A DNA stretch of 64,000 nucleotides from Macrostomum hystrix. Taxonomy: Eukaryota; Animalia; Platyhelminthes. The position numbers and the translations under genes were made by a program. How positions within the stretch are numbered: the first letter of the stretch is position 1; each line of letters begins with the position of its first letter. The notes beneath the pieces are model-generated. The model was not told where the DNA came from. It saw nothing but the letters and a program-made list of their open reading frames with translations, and did not search any database. Shown one piece after another: positions 62,703 through 64,000 of this stretch. The stretch is taken from NCBI GenBank assembly GCA_950097015.1, contig CATNEN010000039.1, positions 7,502,001-7,566,000 of the forward strand, given 5' to 3'.

Positions 62703-64000
62703 TTTGTTATTTCTTAAGTTTTGCTTATGTATTCTTAAGTATTACTCATAAATTGTTATCTTCTGTAACGGTGCTACTTGTTTTACTTTTAATGAATTAG
62801 CGAAGATTTTTTTCTGCGACACCACTCATCCTGTGGATCCGCCCAGCTTGACAAAGAATTAAATAGTAAGATTATATAAAAGTAAAAAACTGCTTCATGA
62901 CTTGCAGGCCCTGGTAATGATTTAGCAATTTGAAAATTGTATCACTTATCTAGCCAAGAAAACTACCATGAACATGAACTTGAAGTCAATGTGACCATGT
63001 CCACTGATGGATGCAGATTGCAGATGCTTGCTAGCATTCACACTTGAGTGGCAGTTGGCCTGCTGAAATACAAGTAGGCTAGGCCCTAACATTGTCCAAT
63101 TAATTATTTGTCTTTTGAATCCTTAATAATTGTATATTTTCTTTGCAAACATTTGTTTAGGTGAAGATGAACTGTAACTGTAATAATTAAACCACATGTA
63201 ATGACCAATGTTATTTAATGTTAGGGCCTAATGATAGGCACCAATGATTGCACCAGTAGGGGCCTAGTCAGCATTTTTAAGTAGGCCTAGTTTTATGTAG
63301 CATTGCTTAATATATATATAAATCATTTTAAATTGAACTATCATTCATTTATTTTTTAAAATAAGTTTAGGGTTGTTTTGTCTACCACCTTTTTATTTGC
63401 AAGCAGAAGACATCTGTAGTCAGGATCATGCTGGCAATATACCAGGGAATTTGTCATGTTAGAGACTTTCTTTTTGAGAGTTTAGAGAGTTGCAGAGTTC
63501 AGCGTGGGTTTCATAATTTTATATGCCAGCCTTCATTCATGCATATCATAGGCCTATGTATGCACTATGCAGTATATGTTACATTATTCAGAGAAAGGTA
63601 ATGCAACAAAGAAAAAATTGTTTTCTTTGAGACAGTCAAGTAGAAGGCCCCTTGTCTAGAGTGCACTGCAGTGCCATATAGCCATATTTCATGGCACCGT
63701 CAAAACTGAGCAGCCGCTGGCTGTCTTCTGGCTGCTTTTGAACCTTCAAATGACTGATTGTCATTTGAACACATGCCACTCTATGGGCGCTCATCTTCTT
63801 ATCTTCTGAAAAGTGGTTATAAGATTCTAAGACAAGACTCAATATCTTAGTATAGGCTAGGGCCTACAGTAACTAGCTTGCTTCTGAAGAGAATGGTTCT
63901 GCACTTAAGGGGCAATTCATAACTGTGCCCTTTCCAAAACATAAAGTTGTGCTTTTCTTTGTGGTGCTGCACCGTGCTATATTGGAGCTAGAGGAGCTGG

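Overview
Eukaryotic (animal) genomic DNA. GT-AG introns, GC-rich exons in AT-rich DNA, dense minisatellites and a GPCR with an RNW...AR TM3 motif suggest a flatworm such as Macrostomum; this is inference only. Host genes: a 3-exon non-alpha nicotinic-type Cys-loop receptor, a 2-exon HP1/CBX chromo-chromoshadow gene, a 3-exon tetraspanin, an intronless class A GPCR, two GT32 DXD glycosyltransferase paralogues with near-identical catalytic exons, and a dynein light chain. Mobile DNA: two tRNA-derived SINE families, LINE RT remnants, several MITEs with readable TSDs, and a 7 kb cluster of three internally deleted Helitrons. The standout is a Crypton-like tyrosine recombinase (YR) transposon system whose ends can be read from this window alone. 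Two diverged YR elements (32930-34858 and 34855-37022) sit head-to-tail and share one CATT junction. Each has the same asymmetric end design: a terminal CATTG repeat, its inverted copy 70-105 bp inside the other end, then a long hairpin, then ATC(C)TA(C)CATT. A 289 bp non-autonomous derivative lies at 47073-47361, and paralogous empty sites exist for both insertions.
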